This document shows positions 1 to 13,691 of a DNA stretch of 64,000 bases, in pieces. Position 1 is the first letter of the stretch. Each line of letters begins with the position of its first letter. The notes beneath the pieces were generated by a model. It worked only from the letters and a program-made list of their open reading frames with translations, was not told the origin of the DNA and searched no databases. A program made the position numbers and the translations under genes. Origin of the DNA: Calcarisporiella thermophila CBS 279.70 (Eukaryota > Fungi > Calcarisporiellomycota); contig NW_027192200.1 of assembly GCF_041956535.1 (NCBI RefSeq), forward strand, positions 453,477 through 517,476, written 5' to 3'.

Positions 1-300
1 AGATATATGCAGAATCGCCAGGTTCGCCTGGTGTGCGTCTTCATCCAGTCGCTTCTGCAACACGGGATCATCGACGCATGCCGCAGCGAGGAAGATGGCT
101 ACTTCTTAATCGAGGTGCAGCACTTTTGTATACATTTTTCGCGGGTCCGGGAGGCGGCGGCCCTCTTCAGACTCCTGGTGGAGGTACAAAAGGCCGCCGC
201 GGCAAATCTCGGCACCGGCGGCAATTCATCTGCGTCGGGTACAGGGGTATCTAGCGCAGGAACGCACTTTGGATCGTACGAGCCCCCCACGGCATTCTGA
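1..300 (+). CDS. CNOT11: CCR4-NOT complex subunit 11, 3' end (gene begins before the window)
   Basis: [18 protein letters not shown]...[23 protein letters not shown] matches the conserved CNOT11/DUF2363 C-terminus; TGA at 298-300. Confidence 0.88.
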   Translation, partial: RYMQNRQVRLVCVFIQSLLQHGIIDACRSEEDGYFLIEVQHFCIHFSRVREAAALFRLLVEVQKAAAANLGTGGNSSASGTGVSSAGTHFGSYEPPTAF

Positions 301-805
301 GGAGGGAATAAAAGAACAATGATAAATATCTAAATATATATATACATACATATATATAAATAATACTGCACCCATGAAAACACTAATTGCTGCGCGATTT
401 TTTATTCTATTTTATTTTATCGTTGGGGTGCTTCTTTCTCCTAGTTTCAATAAGACACCCTCTATTGTTGTGCTCCTTCCCTTTTTTCCTAGCTATCAGT
501 GAAAAGGAACAAGCTGAATTTTTTAGAGTATATAGTTAACCCCCTTCCTTTTTCACCTGTTTTTTTTTCTTTTCACAGATAATATATTGTTTTTTTTTCT
601 TTTGTTTTATTGTTTTTTTAGCCGAATAAATATATATAATATATTAATGAAGAGAGATTGCTTTAGTAAATTAAAAATAATAAAGCTTGATTAGGAGAAG
701 AACGAAATGTACAAAGGAAATTGAAATAGAGAAAGTGAGGAGTGCGCGGGGAGAGGAGGGATGGGGGGGTCGAGCGACTCGATTGCAAGACGAGCGCTGA
801 GATCC

Positions 806-1888
806 CTAAGGCTTCGGGCCCTTTTTCTTCAACTTCTGAAGTATCTGCTTGCTTCTTTCACGCGACTCCTCGATGGCTTTGGTCAGCTTGGCACTCTGGG
901 CGTCGGGTTGTTTCGCGCCCGACTTCTCACCCTTCTTTCCTTGTGGTGCTTTCTCTTTCCCTTCCTTCTCTTTCCCTCCCTTCTTCTCCTCGCCTTTGGC
1001 CTTTCCTCCCTTCTTGGCTTTCTTTTCCTTCTTCTCTTGCGACTTTGCGTGCTTCTTGAACTCTTCCTTGCTGACCTTTTTGCTCGGCCCCTCCTCAGCC
1101 TCCAAACTAGCCATCTCATCCAGAGCTTTCTCCAATGCCTCCAGCTTAGCCATGTCCAGCTCTTCTTGCTTTCCACCCTTTCGCTTCGACACCTTGGCAC
1201 CAGTGGTGATAGGCTTCAGCGCCTTCTCGATGGCTGTGATGATGGAGGAGGCCTCATCGCCATCTCCCTTATTGGCCCCCTTCGCCTTCTTTGCCTTCTT
1301 CGCCTTCTTATTCTTCTGCTCACTCTTTTCGGCCTTGGCATCCTCCGCCGTCAACGCACTAGTCATATCCACCTCATCCTCCGAGCTCTCACTATTTTCT
1401 TTCTTTTCATCCTCTTCTTCACCGTTCGCCTCCGTCGATTTTGCAGAAGTGTCCCGTTTTTTTGGTGAGGCCTCTGTCGTGTCTGTAGCCTGGCGCTTTC
1501 TCTTCCCACTTTTCGCCTCCACCTGGGCCCAGGTGGCATCGGGACCCTGTTCCAGTAGCTTCTTGACTCGGTCTTGGTCCTCCTCCCGGAGCTGAGGGTA
1601 GCCACGCACGAGATGAATCGGAAGCTTGGTCAACAACTCTGGCACCTACCCGTGCGTGAAAAAAAAAAAATAAAATGAGAAAGGCAAAATGCCTGCAACC
1701 TAGGCGGCTACCCGGGGACTAACCTGGAAACACTTGAAATGATACCATGTATGCTTGCCATGTTTCTTTTTCTGCTTTGGACTGGTGAGTTCGATTTTGC
1801 CACATCGCAGGGATTTATTGGGGATTTGCTTTCCGCAGGTGCCGCATTTTGAGTCTTGCGACTCGGCTAGATAGGAAAAGGGTTCCAT
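806..1888 (-). CDS. PARP-type zinc finger protein with Lys/Glu-rich tail (2 exons, no catalytic domain)
   Basis: ATG 1888; SKCGTCGKQI...LRCG...WYHFKC (C-x2-C...H-x2-C); intron 1646-1723 joins FQ to VPELL..GYPQLREEDQDRVKK, the typical zf-PARP end. Confidence 0.75.
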
Positions 1889-2140
1889 GAGTTCGCAGGC
1901 GCCGAGATGACAGTGAACCAAGTTTAAAAACAACCCATACCATATTCCACGCAATATCTTGTCACTTTCTCCATGCTATTGTCTTGTTGATAGACCGAAA
2001 TGGAGAATATAATACAAGAGGGAATACACGAAAAGGTTAGGATAAACACTCGTGACTCTCTTCATTGCTGCGCCGTTTCATAAGGTGGCGATTTGCATCC
2101 GCCAGATTCTAGTGTCGACAAGTTCCGCCTGCAATTAGAG

Positions 2141-3516
2141 ATGCCACGCTCGCATTCGCGATCCCGATCTCCAGATCGCCATCAGGAGGAGGAACGCGTT
2201 TCCAGAGAGAGGGAACGGAGGCGATCTGTCTCCCGTGAACGCTCGGCCTCTCGTGGTCATCGGGCGCGATCACGATCACGATCTCGAGATAAAACACGGG
2301 ACCATTACAGCAGTAGAAGCGGCAGAAGGCATAGGCACCGGTCACGGTCCCCATCTCCACATTCAAGGCATCACAAGCATCGCCGTTCGCCGTCCCGCTC
2401 ACGCTCTAGCTCTCTATCTTCAGACGATTCTCGAGAACATCGCCGCCGCCGTCGTCGGCGACGTTCTCGTTCGAGATCCTCCTCTTCGGATGCGTCATCC
2501 GGAGACGATAGCGATGATCGCCGGCATAAGCGGAAAAATAGAAAGGAGGAAAAGAAGAAGAAAAAGAAGAAAGAAAAGAAAAAGTCCAAAGATAAGAAGG
2601 TATGACTTGAAATTTACCATTGTGCTCCTGAAATCCGGCTCACTCGGGATCCCATCCCCCAATATCCCCTTCTGAAGGATAAAAGAGAGAAAGATAAATC
2701 CAAGTATACCGCGGTCACCGACCAGTGGGGGAAGTTTGGAATTCTCACGGAAACAGAGTTCGTATTCCTTAACTTCAGAGACTTCCATTGCCTCCTTACA
2801 CTCACTCCTCCCCTTTTTTATTCCTAGTATCTACTCGAAAGAAAGCGTACGTATTCATTTTATGTCTGCTCACAACCCCCCACCCCCCATCCACACACTT
2901 GTCTCTTAGAATTCGACCCATTAACCTCGCAAACTCTCCCCTATAGGAATTCAATGCATGGCTGGTCGAGGTCAAGAATGTCATGCCCGACCAGATACTC
3001 CCTCGCGCGATGAAGCAGTACTTCAAGGAGTTCATGGAAGATTACAACACCGCCACCCTGCCCCATGAAAAGTGAGATGCTACACTTTAGTCAATCCATC
3101 TTTCACTACCTGCTAAAATGAGTTTTCAATTTGAATTTTTTTATTTGAATACGTCAAGGTATTACAATCTTGAAAGGTGGGAGTCAAGGCAACGCGCCAT
3201 TCGTATGGGAGAGGTGGTGAAGGACGACGAGAGCAGGGTGAATTTATTCAAGGATCAAGAGCAGATTCGGTAAATCCCTCTTTCCTCCACTTTCACAGAC
3301 TGATCCATCTGACCCACACATCACATCACTCTTTCATCCCCCAATAGACTCCAGGCTCGGTCGCGACAGCACGTGCAGCCCTCAGGCTCCCTGCTCACCG
3401 CTGACCAAATCAAAGAGCTCCATCGCGTGGAGAGCGAGCGCGTGCAGGCCAAAAAACTGCGGCAAATGGGATATCAGCCCAACGAGAACATGGGGGTCCG
3501 CTACGAGTACGAATGA
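2141..3516 (+). CDS. RS-rich nuclear/splicing-associated protein, multi-exon
   Basis: RS/RH-rich N-terminus and poly-K, then conserved-looking blocks DQWGKFGILTE / EFNAWLVEVK / FKEFMEDYNTATLPHEKYYNL across GT-AG introns; stop at 3514-3516. Confidence 0.7.
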
Positions 3517-3776
3517 GTGTAATGGTTGTTGCTTTTTTTATATATTGCAAACTAGGATCAGTATTTTTTTTTTTGACTGTTGGAGAAAATGTGGACTATG
3601 TAAAAATCAGGGAGAAAAAGCAAAAATAGATAATGTCTTTATCTGATCTCTAGATGGGTGGGGGGGGGGGTTGGATATAATATAGAAGAGATAACAAAGG
3701 GGGATAGCCCAAAAGAAACGTACCATTTAAACACGGAAATGATATGATAAACATCAACACAGACATAGAAGCAATC

Positions 3777-6700
3777 TTAGAACCTTGGCGGATTGCCGAA
3801 TGAGCCCATGCTATTGGGGGTCATGACGGGCACTGAGGGCATACCGGAAGACATGCCCGAATAGGTGAGCATCAGGGGCGCACTGAAGCTACCGGCCGGG
3901 GGGATTACGGCCGTATCCTGCGTCTCCTTTGCCTTCTCCTTCTCCGCCCTCTCGGCCTCCTTCTTTTCCAGGGCCTCCACTCTGTCCATGTATTCCCGCG
4001 TTACCTGGATGATATAGGGCATGGCAAAGTCGTAGAGTTGGTGGCGCCATGCCAGCTCAATGACCACGTCGGGCCGCAAAAGATCGTAGCAGGTGAAGAG
4101 GCATGCGGCGAAACATTCGCGATTGGCGACCTCCACAAAGTAGCGGAGCAGATCTTCGGCCACATCCGCGTCGCGCGATTCCCATGCCGTCTCCATCGCA
4201 TCCTTGTAGAGCTTATCCTGCTTCGAGAGCTGGATGGACTGCCGCCAGCGCTTGTTTCGCTTGTAGAGGTATGCGGCAATGCGACGGAACTCGAGCAGCT
4301 CGTGCTTCTCGAGGCGCACGGCAAGATCGTGGCTGTCGATGTTGTCGAAATTCTCGATCGAGTCCCGCAGGGTGGCAAAGTCCTCTTCCTCAATCAGTAG
4401 GTCGTTGTAAGCGGTGTTAACCACCCGGTTGTTAGCCTGCGAATCAAAAAACACAAAACGCTTTAGTTCGTCCCGCAAAAAAAAAAAGCAGGCGAGTGAA
4501 GCAGAACATACCGGTTGCACCGACACAAGGTATGGCTTGATGAGCGGGATGTTGTCCGACTTTTGGAACATCTTCACCACGCGAGCGTGGTCGAGGCGGG
4601 GGGCCAGCACCGAGAGCAGGTCGTTGATCAGCAGCGGCTGCTCGTCGAGGTAGAAGCGCAGTGCACGATAGCAAATCTCCAGGTTCGAAGCTTTGGCAAT
4701 GATATCTTTAAACGACGCATGCTCCCAAGCGTCCGCTGCATGCTCCATCATCGTGGTAGCTGCGTTGTCGTACTCGTCATAGTGGACATGCAAGAACACA
4801 AGCTCGGGCCAGAGATGGGCCTCCTCACAGGCGCGGATCACCTTTGGAATGTTGATTCGTGACCAGAACAGCTTCAGGTGCTCCATCATGCGTTCGGGCT
4901 TGTACTTCGCATAGAGGATCGAGAGCTCGGTAAACATCCCCATGTGCGCACGCTCGAGGCCAAGGCCTGCCTCGAGGAGCTGGATGAGCTCATCCAGGTA
5001 GCCGTTGCTTTCGTACACCTTGATCAGCTGCTCCAGTTCTTCGGCATGGATGATGAGGTGGAGACCACAGATCTGGGCCAAACGGAACTCGCGGCGCTCC
5101 ACGCACGCAGCATTAACCTCCTTCCACACCCTAAAGATAACCAAAATTCATCATTGAGTCCTGTTATCGAAAGGAAAATAATAAATAAAAAAATTACTTG
5201 GTATTGTTGGCTTTACGTGCTCCATCCACTGCAGCCTGATATTCGCCCAGGTGAACCAGGGTCGAGGCGAGTCTGCCCCAGTTGGAAATGTTCGAGTACA
5301 AGATCTTAGCCGACTCGAACAATTTCTCGTCGTAGCAGCGATCGGCCACATTTTGAATATTGGCCACATTTGCGACGCCAAGAAACTCTTCCATATCCGC
5401 AATACAGTCGATTTTTGCATAAGCAAACAGGAGCTCGCTGTCGATGAATGGTTCACGCAGCTTTTGTCGTGCCATCTGCAGGAAACGCACCAAATCTTCG
5501 TACTTGTTTGCGCGCGATGCATAGCTCACGACCTCAAGGTAATTACTTGGATCGCTTGCGCGGATGTACGAGTCGACGGCATCCTTAATGCGCATTCCCT
5601 CCAGCTGTGCCTTTGCCAGGCGGCTCCACACTTCTGGCTGATCGACTCGGTCGGCGTATTCATACGCACGATCGATGCTACCAATGTGTTCAATGAGGAC
5701 ATCGACGGCAGGAACATGCACTTTGTACTTTTTGTAAATAGCGAACGCCTCCTCGTAGAGACCAGCCCCAATGGCAATGGTAGCAACATCCGGCGCGTCA
5801 AAATTGTCCAGGCGTTGGATATAGTCCATAACTTTAGATTGCTCAGCCTAGAATGAAAAAAAAGTCAGAGTATTTCCACAAGATTCACAGGGCAGCTTTC
5901 TTACTTTGATGGCAGTCAACACGAGCAGGTTTTGCAAATTGCGGTTATCGCTGAAGGCAGAATTCTCCAGGATGATTTTTTCTAGCAATTCGATCAGCTC
6001 GTTGGGCAGGTCGGACGCCATAAAGGCCTTGACTGTGAAGGACACGTCTTCAGGGTCCGAAGTCTCCGGGAGTGCTGTCCCGACAACCTGGTCAATGAGC
6101 TGACGTCGGTGCGGATTTGCATCATCAAGCACATGAGCCCAGAGTGCGGCATCGCGGCGCTTCACAAGATAGCGTGCTTGGTGCTTGAACATGGAGTTTT
6201 CATTGGTGATTTTAACAAGCTCATAGTCGCACTGGCCTCGTTGGTAAGCAACAAAGGCAAGATATGGATCGCGTTTTTCGCAGTATTTACCGATCTCAAG
6301 GAAATTGTAGTACTGTGACGGGATTGAAATGAAGCATGAGCATGTGCATATTGAATGTTTGATACAGCGTTACACGGGGATAATACTCACCGGGTTCTCT
6401 TTGAGGAATGGCTCAGGGTTATTGTTGGTATCGACATATATCTTGGCGAGAGCATTATACACTGCTGGATCCTGACTGCCCTCGTTGACACGAATCTGCA
6501 GCCAAGGCAAGAGCAGCTTAAGTCGGTTGCGCTTTTCCACCTCATCAACAAGCTGATCAATCGGTACAGGACCATGGACTGACATAAGTAGACTCTGAAT
6601 GATGCTTTCATTACAGTCGACATCGAGCAGGGCCCCAATCACGGCGGGGGTCCGAGCGGAATTCACCTGCTGTACATACACCTCAATGTACTTGTGCAGG

Positions 6701-9700
6701 TTGTTTTGGTAGAGGTAGAGGACGAGATCGTGCACAAGATCGAAACGATCGCAGACAATAATTAGGGGCAACTGGTCGCTAAGCTTGGCTTCCTGCAAAA
6801 TAAAACCAACCCAAGAGAGAATTTTACTCCAGCTATACATCTTTGCGTTAGGAAGCATCCCAAGCATTACCTTTAAAAAGTTTTTGACTTTCTCTGGGTC
6901 GTAGTAGTTGCTCTCGCGACAAATTCGCTCCACTTCCTTCATCTGGCCCGTGCGACATGCAGCCTCGATATACTTGAAGTGGACAATCGGGTCTTGGCTC
7001 AAGTTGACGATAGAACCCAAATAATAGTAGAGGGCTTTCAAGAAACAAAGAGTTAAAGGCATAATTAAAACCATGAGCAATTCAATAAAAGATTGCTCAC
7101 CTTCAAAGCTTTTGAATGACTCAAAGATGTCGATGAGGTTCTGCGGGCCAAGCTGTTCCGAATACTTAATGGCAATCTGCACACAAATTTGGAGATTCTG
7201 TCGTAAATTGCTGGACATCATATCCTTCAGACATTCGAGCGTTTGCTCAATGGACAGCGTGCCGAAATAGTTTACAATCCACTAAGAGAAGAAAACCAGC
7301 ACGGGTGAGTATCGTATGGAAATGAATACAGTGAAATGGGAATAAAAAATACCTCGGGGTTCATTGTATGCCCGGAGTTGATTAAGACACGCTTAATATC
7401 CTTAATGTCGGTATAGTGCTCCAAGGCCTAACAATGAGATAAAAAATTAAGCATTTCCTAACAAAGGCTTTGCCATAAGAAATAGCAATTTACTCTCTGG
7501 TATAATCCAGCTCTCTCGCAGAGCGGCGCAATTGCGCTCCGGTCGTAATGGGTAAACATCTGATTTCCAAGAATAGCATCGGCTACCTGCGGAGCATGCA
7601 AGAGATTCATTTCAAGTAATCGGGTCTGAAGGTGTGCCTGCTCCGGTTTATTATCCTTGAGCGCATCAAGTAAGAAGGACGTAGCCTGCTGGATCAAATT
7701 CTGTGAGATGAAGATATCGACCACCTAATCACAACACAAGGATTAGACTAACAACTCAAGGTTTGGTGCACACAAACGCTAAAATCTTACCCGCTCCACG
7801 TCAATAAGCGGCCCACTTTCATCGTTCACCAAAGTGGAAGCGAATTCAGCACCACGCTCAGGATCCATGCGCATGATATGCTGTAATAGAGAGACATAGT
7901 CGGGTTGATAACCCACTTTCTTTGCATACAAAATAATCTTGGCGAATTGATGTGTTTCTGCGAAGCAGGCGATCACTTTATTTGGTGCATTGGCACGGAG
8001 GTAGACGGAGAGCGCAAGCGTGACATCGTGCTGCTTCACAATGTCGCCCAGCTCCTCGCTGCATTCAAGCTAAATAGCAGGGAAAAGCCACAAATGAAGC
8101 ATATTAAGATGGACACTCCAACCAACAATGCACCCTACCTTATTCTCCTTGAGCCATTTCTCGAGAAGCTGTTTGCGCCCTTGAAGCAGTACTGGGCGGG
8201 CAAGTTCAATCGACTCGTACTTGTTTAATTCTCCCGATTCCAATAGGAATCCGAAATAGGCCAAGATTGGAGGAACCTGACCTGGTATCGCTTGGAGATG
8301 CTTGAATTGCTCAATCGTTTGGGGTGTACGCAAAATACCCTATTGCGAGTTCAACATTATATCAATTATACAAAAAACTCAAAACCCCAGTGAATAAACT
8401 TACATTAGGTGACGTTGCAGCCACCTTTGCTGCATCGTTGTAGCTTCCAGACTGCAATAGTTGCTGGAACCGAGCAACGCATAAGTCTTCAGCTCCTGGT
8501 AAATTATTCTGTGATGCGATTTTGAGGGCTAGCTCGGCGTTACCAAGGTTGTTCATGATATATGGAACAATATTCTGCTCATCCACAGTAACGGATAAAA
8601 CCTGCCCCTTACGATTAACCCCAATGATACCCCCTGTCGCCTCGTGCTCAGCAGTAACAAATATTGTCTCTCCGCTGATGCGATTCATATAAATGCATGC
8701 TCCTGTCTCTAAGTCATAGAGGTGGCAAAAACCGTATTTCGTTACTAGATAGATGATGTTGTATTGTTTGCTGATCTGCATTGCAACTGGAAAATCATTC
8801 ACTGCCTCCGGAGGGAAGAAAATATCAACAGCCTTCTTCTGGAAGATTGGATTGGAGTCTTTATGATCAATTTCGACGATATGTAACTGTTGGGTAATGG
8901 GCATACTCAGTAAATATATCAACTTCAACACAACTATATAGTTTTTGACGAACCTTGGCAGAAGTGGCAGAGCGTACAGCGAAGCTAAAAAGCTTGGTTG
9001 GCAGGGGTGCACCTTCAAGCCTAATCTCTGCAAACGCCCCTGCGTGCCCCTCAATAGGCTGACTGACCCCACGATCCTTAGAATAGAGCTGCATAGCACC
9101 AACAACCCTCCCATCCTAAATGAACAAACATGAAAAACACATGGAGCAACCTGTGCAAACATAAAACTCTTCAACTTCTTTACCCTTGCAGAAATCCCAC
9201 TAAGCAGCATCCACTTCTCGTCTGAATTAACCCGATAGTTGATAATCTGACAACCACTCAAATTTACGTGACGATCAAATATCTTTGTAGGCTGTGTATC
9301 ACTATCAATAGACCAGTGATAGACAGAGGAATCGGTCACAATTCCTAGGCACTGGACGGATATCCATTTCCAGAACTGAACATCTTCCTGCATGTAATGT
9401 GCTTTGATCTTGGATTTTGTCTCTAGATTGAATATCTGTAACTGACGCCCAGCTTTATAATAGAAATGGACATGTTAGGAACCGCAAACATGTAACTCCT
9501 GGTAAAGTCACTATACCTTTGAGGGCGATAATCTTGGAGGTAGGATGCATGATCGCCGAATCAGCTGAAATGGGTCGCCGTATCAAATTGCTTGGATCAG
9601 CGAGATCAACAATGACAACCTGATTCTGCTCCCCGATTTTCTCACGGACACAGATAAACCGATCTGATTCAAGTGTGAGTGTGTTAAAGCTGATGCTAGC

Positions 9701-9963
9701 TGCATTGATGCCAAGAGATTGGAGCTAAAATGGTAGAGCAGAGATGAGGGTCAACAGGGTTTTAAAACGTGGTAAAGTCTAGAAATTAATGTATGATGTA
9801 GAGATGATTTTGTTGGAGTGCCGACACAAATGTCATGGTTCGAATTCTCTCTCAATGATGTCATTGAAGCACAAGAATTTTGTACCTCGCGAGACATGGT
9901 TATGTCAACGCGTCCATACGTTACCTGAAGATGCTCTTGGAATTTGATGGGTAGTTGCTGCAT
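3777..9963 (-). CDS. CHC1: Clathrin heavy chain, many exons
   Basis: [88 protein letters not shown] are all clathrin heavy chain signatures. Confidence 0.98.
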
Positions 9964-11082
9964 GTTTGTATAGTCAAGGTATTGGGCGTGGTCCCCCTTT
10001 GCAACTTCAATCCAACAATTGCAAATGAAAGGATCAGAAATGTCTGTAGGGTTGATGAGAAAACAAAGAATAGAATCGAAGCCGCGAAGCCCCTCGTCTA
10101 TTTCAAACTATTATGCGGAGACCAAAATATTTTGGTCCTGACCGTTACGAAACCATGTCCGGTCCACATTAGGAAATCAGAATCATAGTCATCGAGGCTC
10201 TGCTCAGCCCACTTTTCATGCAATTTCTTCCGCGCATAGAAATCTGTGCGTTTGTGACTGCATTGTGGCTATTGCACTGAAATCGCATACTTTAAGCACG
10301 TTTTTAACGGAAAAGTATACGGGATCGTGAGTCGATTATAAAACTCAGTGCATCTTCGAAGAATCTTCATGGGAGCATGTCCACGTAAGGGGATCGCAGG
10401 TAGGATGATAACCTCGATTCCGTTTTCTTTTCATTTCCAGGTCATATTAATAGGCGGGTTGATTTCTAAAATGTTCAATGCATTCGCATGGAGATCAGCC
10501 GGGAGAGAAACATTTAATAGTTTGTATGAGCAATACAAATATGACACCTTGTTTACTGCTATATAAGCAAGGATATCCAAGCCGATTTCTAACTCCTCGG
10601 TGCTTATGCCGAAGATGCCATTGACGTGCGAACCTGAGGTACTCCGGCATCCGTTCGCTAGTTCCAGGCTTGGCATGCCAAGTTGCTTAAAGGGATATTT
10701 TATCCCGAAACTGCATCACCCCACTCTAGCAATTGAAGAGCGATGCCGGGTAACTGTATTCATGATTTCGCGGAATGTACATTCCGTGGAAAGAAATAAA
10801 AAATGTCACTTTTGTATTCAGGATTTTTGCTACACAATTGAGAGATTACCGCAACAAGGTTGCAGCCCTACCATAGCGCCAGATGTTTAGACTTTGCTTT
10901 TGGAGTCGGTTTCTCAACCGGTGTGCAGTTTCGAATGAAATTCATTAGACCCAAAATAATAGTGCTACGAATGTAATTTTACGATTTCACAAAAAGCCAG
11001 TTTGGCTCTGAATACAAAGCAAAGCCTATTCACTCTTCAACTAAGGCTTATATTTTGCAAGCTTTAGCTCAACTATAAAGCG

Positions 11083-12671
11083 ATGCAAAATCATTCTACT
11101 GGCGAGAAACAAAAATACATTACTTCCTTTCGTCTCTGTGAACATTGTCAATACATCTACAGCATTATTATGGCACATACAACGAGTCTGAAGAGTGAAT
11201 ACGGTGACGCAAATGACAAAATGAGTGGGTGTCTAAACCTAACGGTGTCTCATAGAGCTAATGAATTTAAGAGTGAGATGTTAACTGAGACAACCCTAGA
11301 AGAGGGATTCAAAATGAGGACAGAAGAGACTTCTGAAGGAGCCTCAAAATCACCTCGAACCAGCATGCACCTATTACGTGATCTCTTTCCCGTATATCTT
11401 GTGGTTACCGCCTTCTCACTCGATATGACTCTCTATCTGCCCACTGTTAATCCATACATCGAGAGTATTGTCGGCATTGAGAAACTTACGTATTATTTTT
11501 CCCTCACTCAATCCGTCAGCTCTGCGGCGCAAATAATCACCAGCTTTAGCATCGGCTATGTTGCGGAGAAGATCGGCTCCATCAAGTGGGTATTTTTCTC
11601 CTTGATGTCGTTATATGTGGTTGGCAATGTGCTTTATTCGATCGGTTCACCAAGCGGCTTAAACAGCATAGTACTTGTAATTGTGGGGAGAATATTATGT
11701 AGTGTTGCAGAAGGCTCCGTTGGACTCGGGAGTTCATATATTGCTTTGGTGACAACAGAGGAAGAACGTCTTCCTGCAATGTCGCAGTACCGGAGCTTCA
11801 TGGGCTTTGCACTTATAGGACCTGGTCTGTCAAGTTTGTTTGGTCTCTGCGATTTTTATATTGGCTCCTATAATATCAACGCACACACTGCTCCAACTCT
11901 GTTTACTGCTCTCTTAATGTTTGCGTTTAATATGATAATATTATTTAGGATGAAGGATAGAAAGACTAAAGGTAAATACAGCTAGAACCAATGGCCCACC
12001 CCATTGCATTATTGATTGCGTTTTCCTTCAAAATAGCCGCTTCGCTTTTAAAGGGTATCCAAACCTTCTTCAGGCCAGGGCCTTTAAGTTTGCTCTTTCT
12101 CCAACTTTTCTCATCTTTCTCCATTGCTACGACCCAATATTTGATGCCTGCCACCTTCTGGCAGCGCTATCATTTCGACACCGGACTTCAGGGAGGCCTC
12201 ATGGTGGCAATCGGTATCGTTGCACTCTCAGGTGCATTATTTTCACACAAACTCCATAGTGTTTTCGAACAATTTTCAAGGACGAAGCAGGCGGAAGTGC
12301 ACATGACTGCCTTTGCGTTTGGCATCTCAACTGTTGCCTACATTGGGATGCTACTTGCCATAAGACTGGACAGTGAACCAGCCACCATTGGTGGCAAACT
12401 TGTTTGGATCATAGCGTGTACGCTGCTGTACACAGCTTACAATTTGCAATCGAGCATACATCCGAGTATTTTCTCCAAGATCATCGACCCCACACTTGTC
12501 GTCTCACTCATGCCGTGGCTAATGGGGGTTTTTGCAGTAGGAAAGATCATTGCCCCTGCAGTAGCAGGCCCTCTCTTTCCTTGGCTTGCTTACATTGCCC
12601 CACTAGCGATGGGAATCCTTGGGTTCGCAATTGCTATGCTCGCCAGGAACACTCTCTCTACATCCAAGTAA
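11083..12671 (+). CDS. Major facilitator superfamily transporter (MFSD8-like), 2 exons
   Basis: Many TM helices, GYVAEKIG motif-A-like segment, VGRILCSVAEG. Intron 11972-12036 (gtaaat...aaatag) joins the two ORFs in frame. Start is 11083 or 11170. Confidence 0.8.
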
Positions 12672-13304
12672 CACAAACCCAAGGGAGAGCTACTGCGAGG
12701 CTATTGCGGTAACGATTAAGATGCACTGCACGTGATCAAATAGTTAGTTGAACTACCATATCCTAAATTTTTGGATTTTTATTCCATTCATTCAAAACTT
12801 TTAAATCATGTTCTCTACCACTTCGACTTCAAATTCGACCATTTTGATATATCTAATTTTTATAATCCATAATTTATTCCGATTCTTTTGAGTACTCAAT
12901 TACTCGTGCATTGTAATTCAGGTTACTCCAGGCTTCTCTTATCAGTGTGCTAATCTGATTTTGATAAAAATGGAGATTGATTGAATAATGGAATATATTA
13001 ATAAAAAAATTGTGTCCAACATTATTTTTTGTGAGCCACATCGTCAAAGATTGAACAAAGCCAAGGTTGTCCACGCGCATATATATACCCTAAAATAATG
13101 CCTGTACCGGGGCCAAAGGATGTTAAAATCACCTTATTCCATAGCATCACATGCAGTGGGCAACTTATTTTTGGTGGGTTACCCAACCTCCTTAGTTACA
13201 ATTTAAACATGGCTTTGAGATTAACTCAGAGTACAGTCAATATGAACGGAGCACATCATAGCCTTTTTGCGCAGTTCGAGTTAAATGCGTATTGAGTTAG
13301 GCAT

Positions 13305-13359
13305 CACTTCATCCTGTGAATAAGTTGGTTGCCTACCAACTTATTCACAGGATGAAGTG
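13305..13359. repeat. Perfect 25-bp inverted repeat with 5-nt loop
   Basis: cacttcatcctgtgaataagttggt-tgcct-accaacttattcacaggatgaagtg. Confidence 0.95.
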
Positions 13360-13691
13360 TCGCAAGCCGTCGCTATCAGAGTTATGGACTAAGTAAAAGC
13401 CATAGCAACTCTGAACAAACTCGCCCGATTCTTAGTAAAAGGGAGTGCTGAGACAAGGTCCAGGTCCAAGCCATTCCAAATAGTATCCTTAGAATTAACA
13501 ACAGTTATTTTCCATCGCAATTAAGTTCAACTTTCTCTTCGACTATGTTGTGAGAAGCAAAACTTGGCAGCTACCTATATTGGCACTATAGGTTCCGAGT
13601 AGTTTATATAACCTGACAGAAAGGGGATATCCTGTTCCTCATCCACCTACTTTTAACAATTTTTTTTATTCAAATTTATCACCCTGTACTC

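Noticed and set aside
742-1595. Long plus-strand ORFs opposite the zf-PARP gene (similarly 41050-41432 and 25412-26525)
   Set aside because: These are antisense shadows of low-complexity or GC-rich coding sequence.
11966-12040. Apparent frameshift or stop splitting the MFS transporter
   Set aside because: A canonical intron at 11972-12036 restores the frame.
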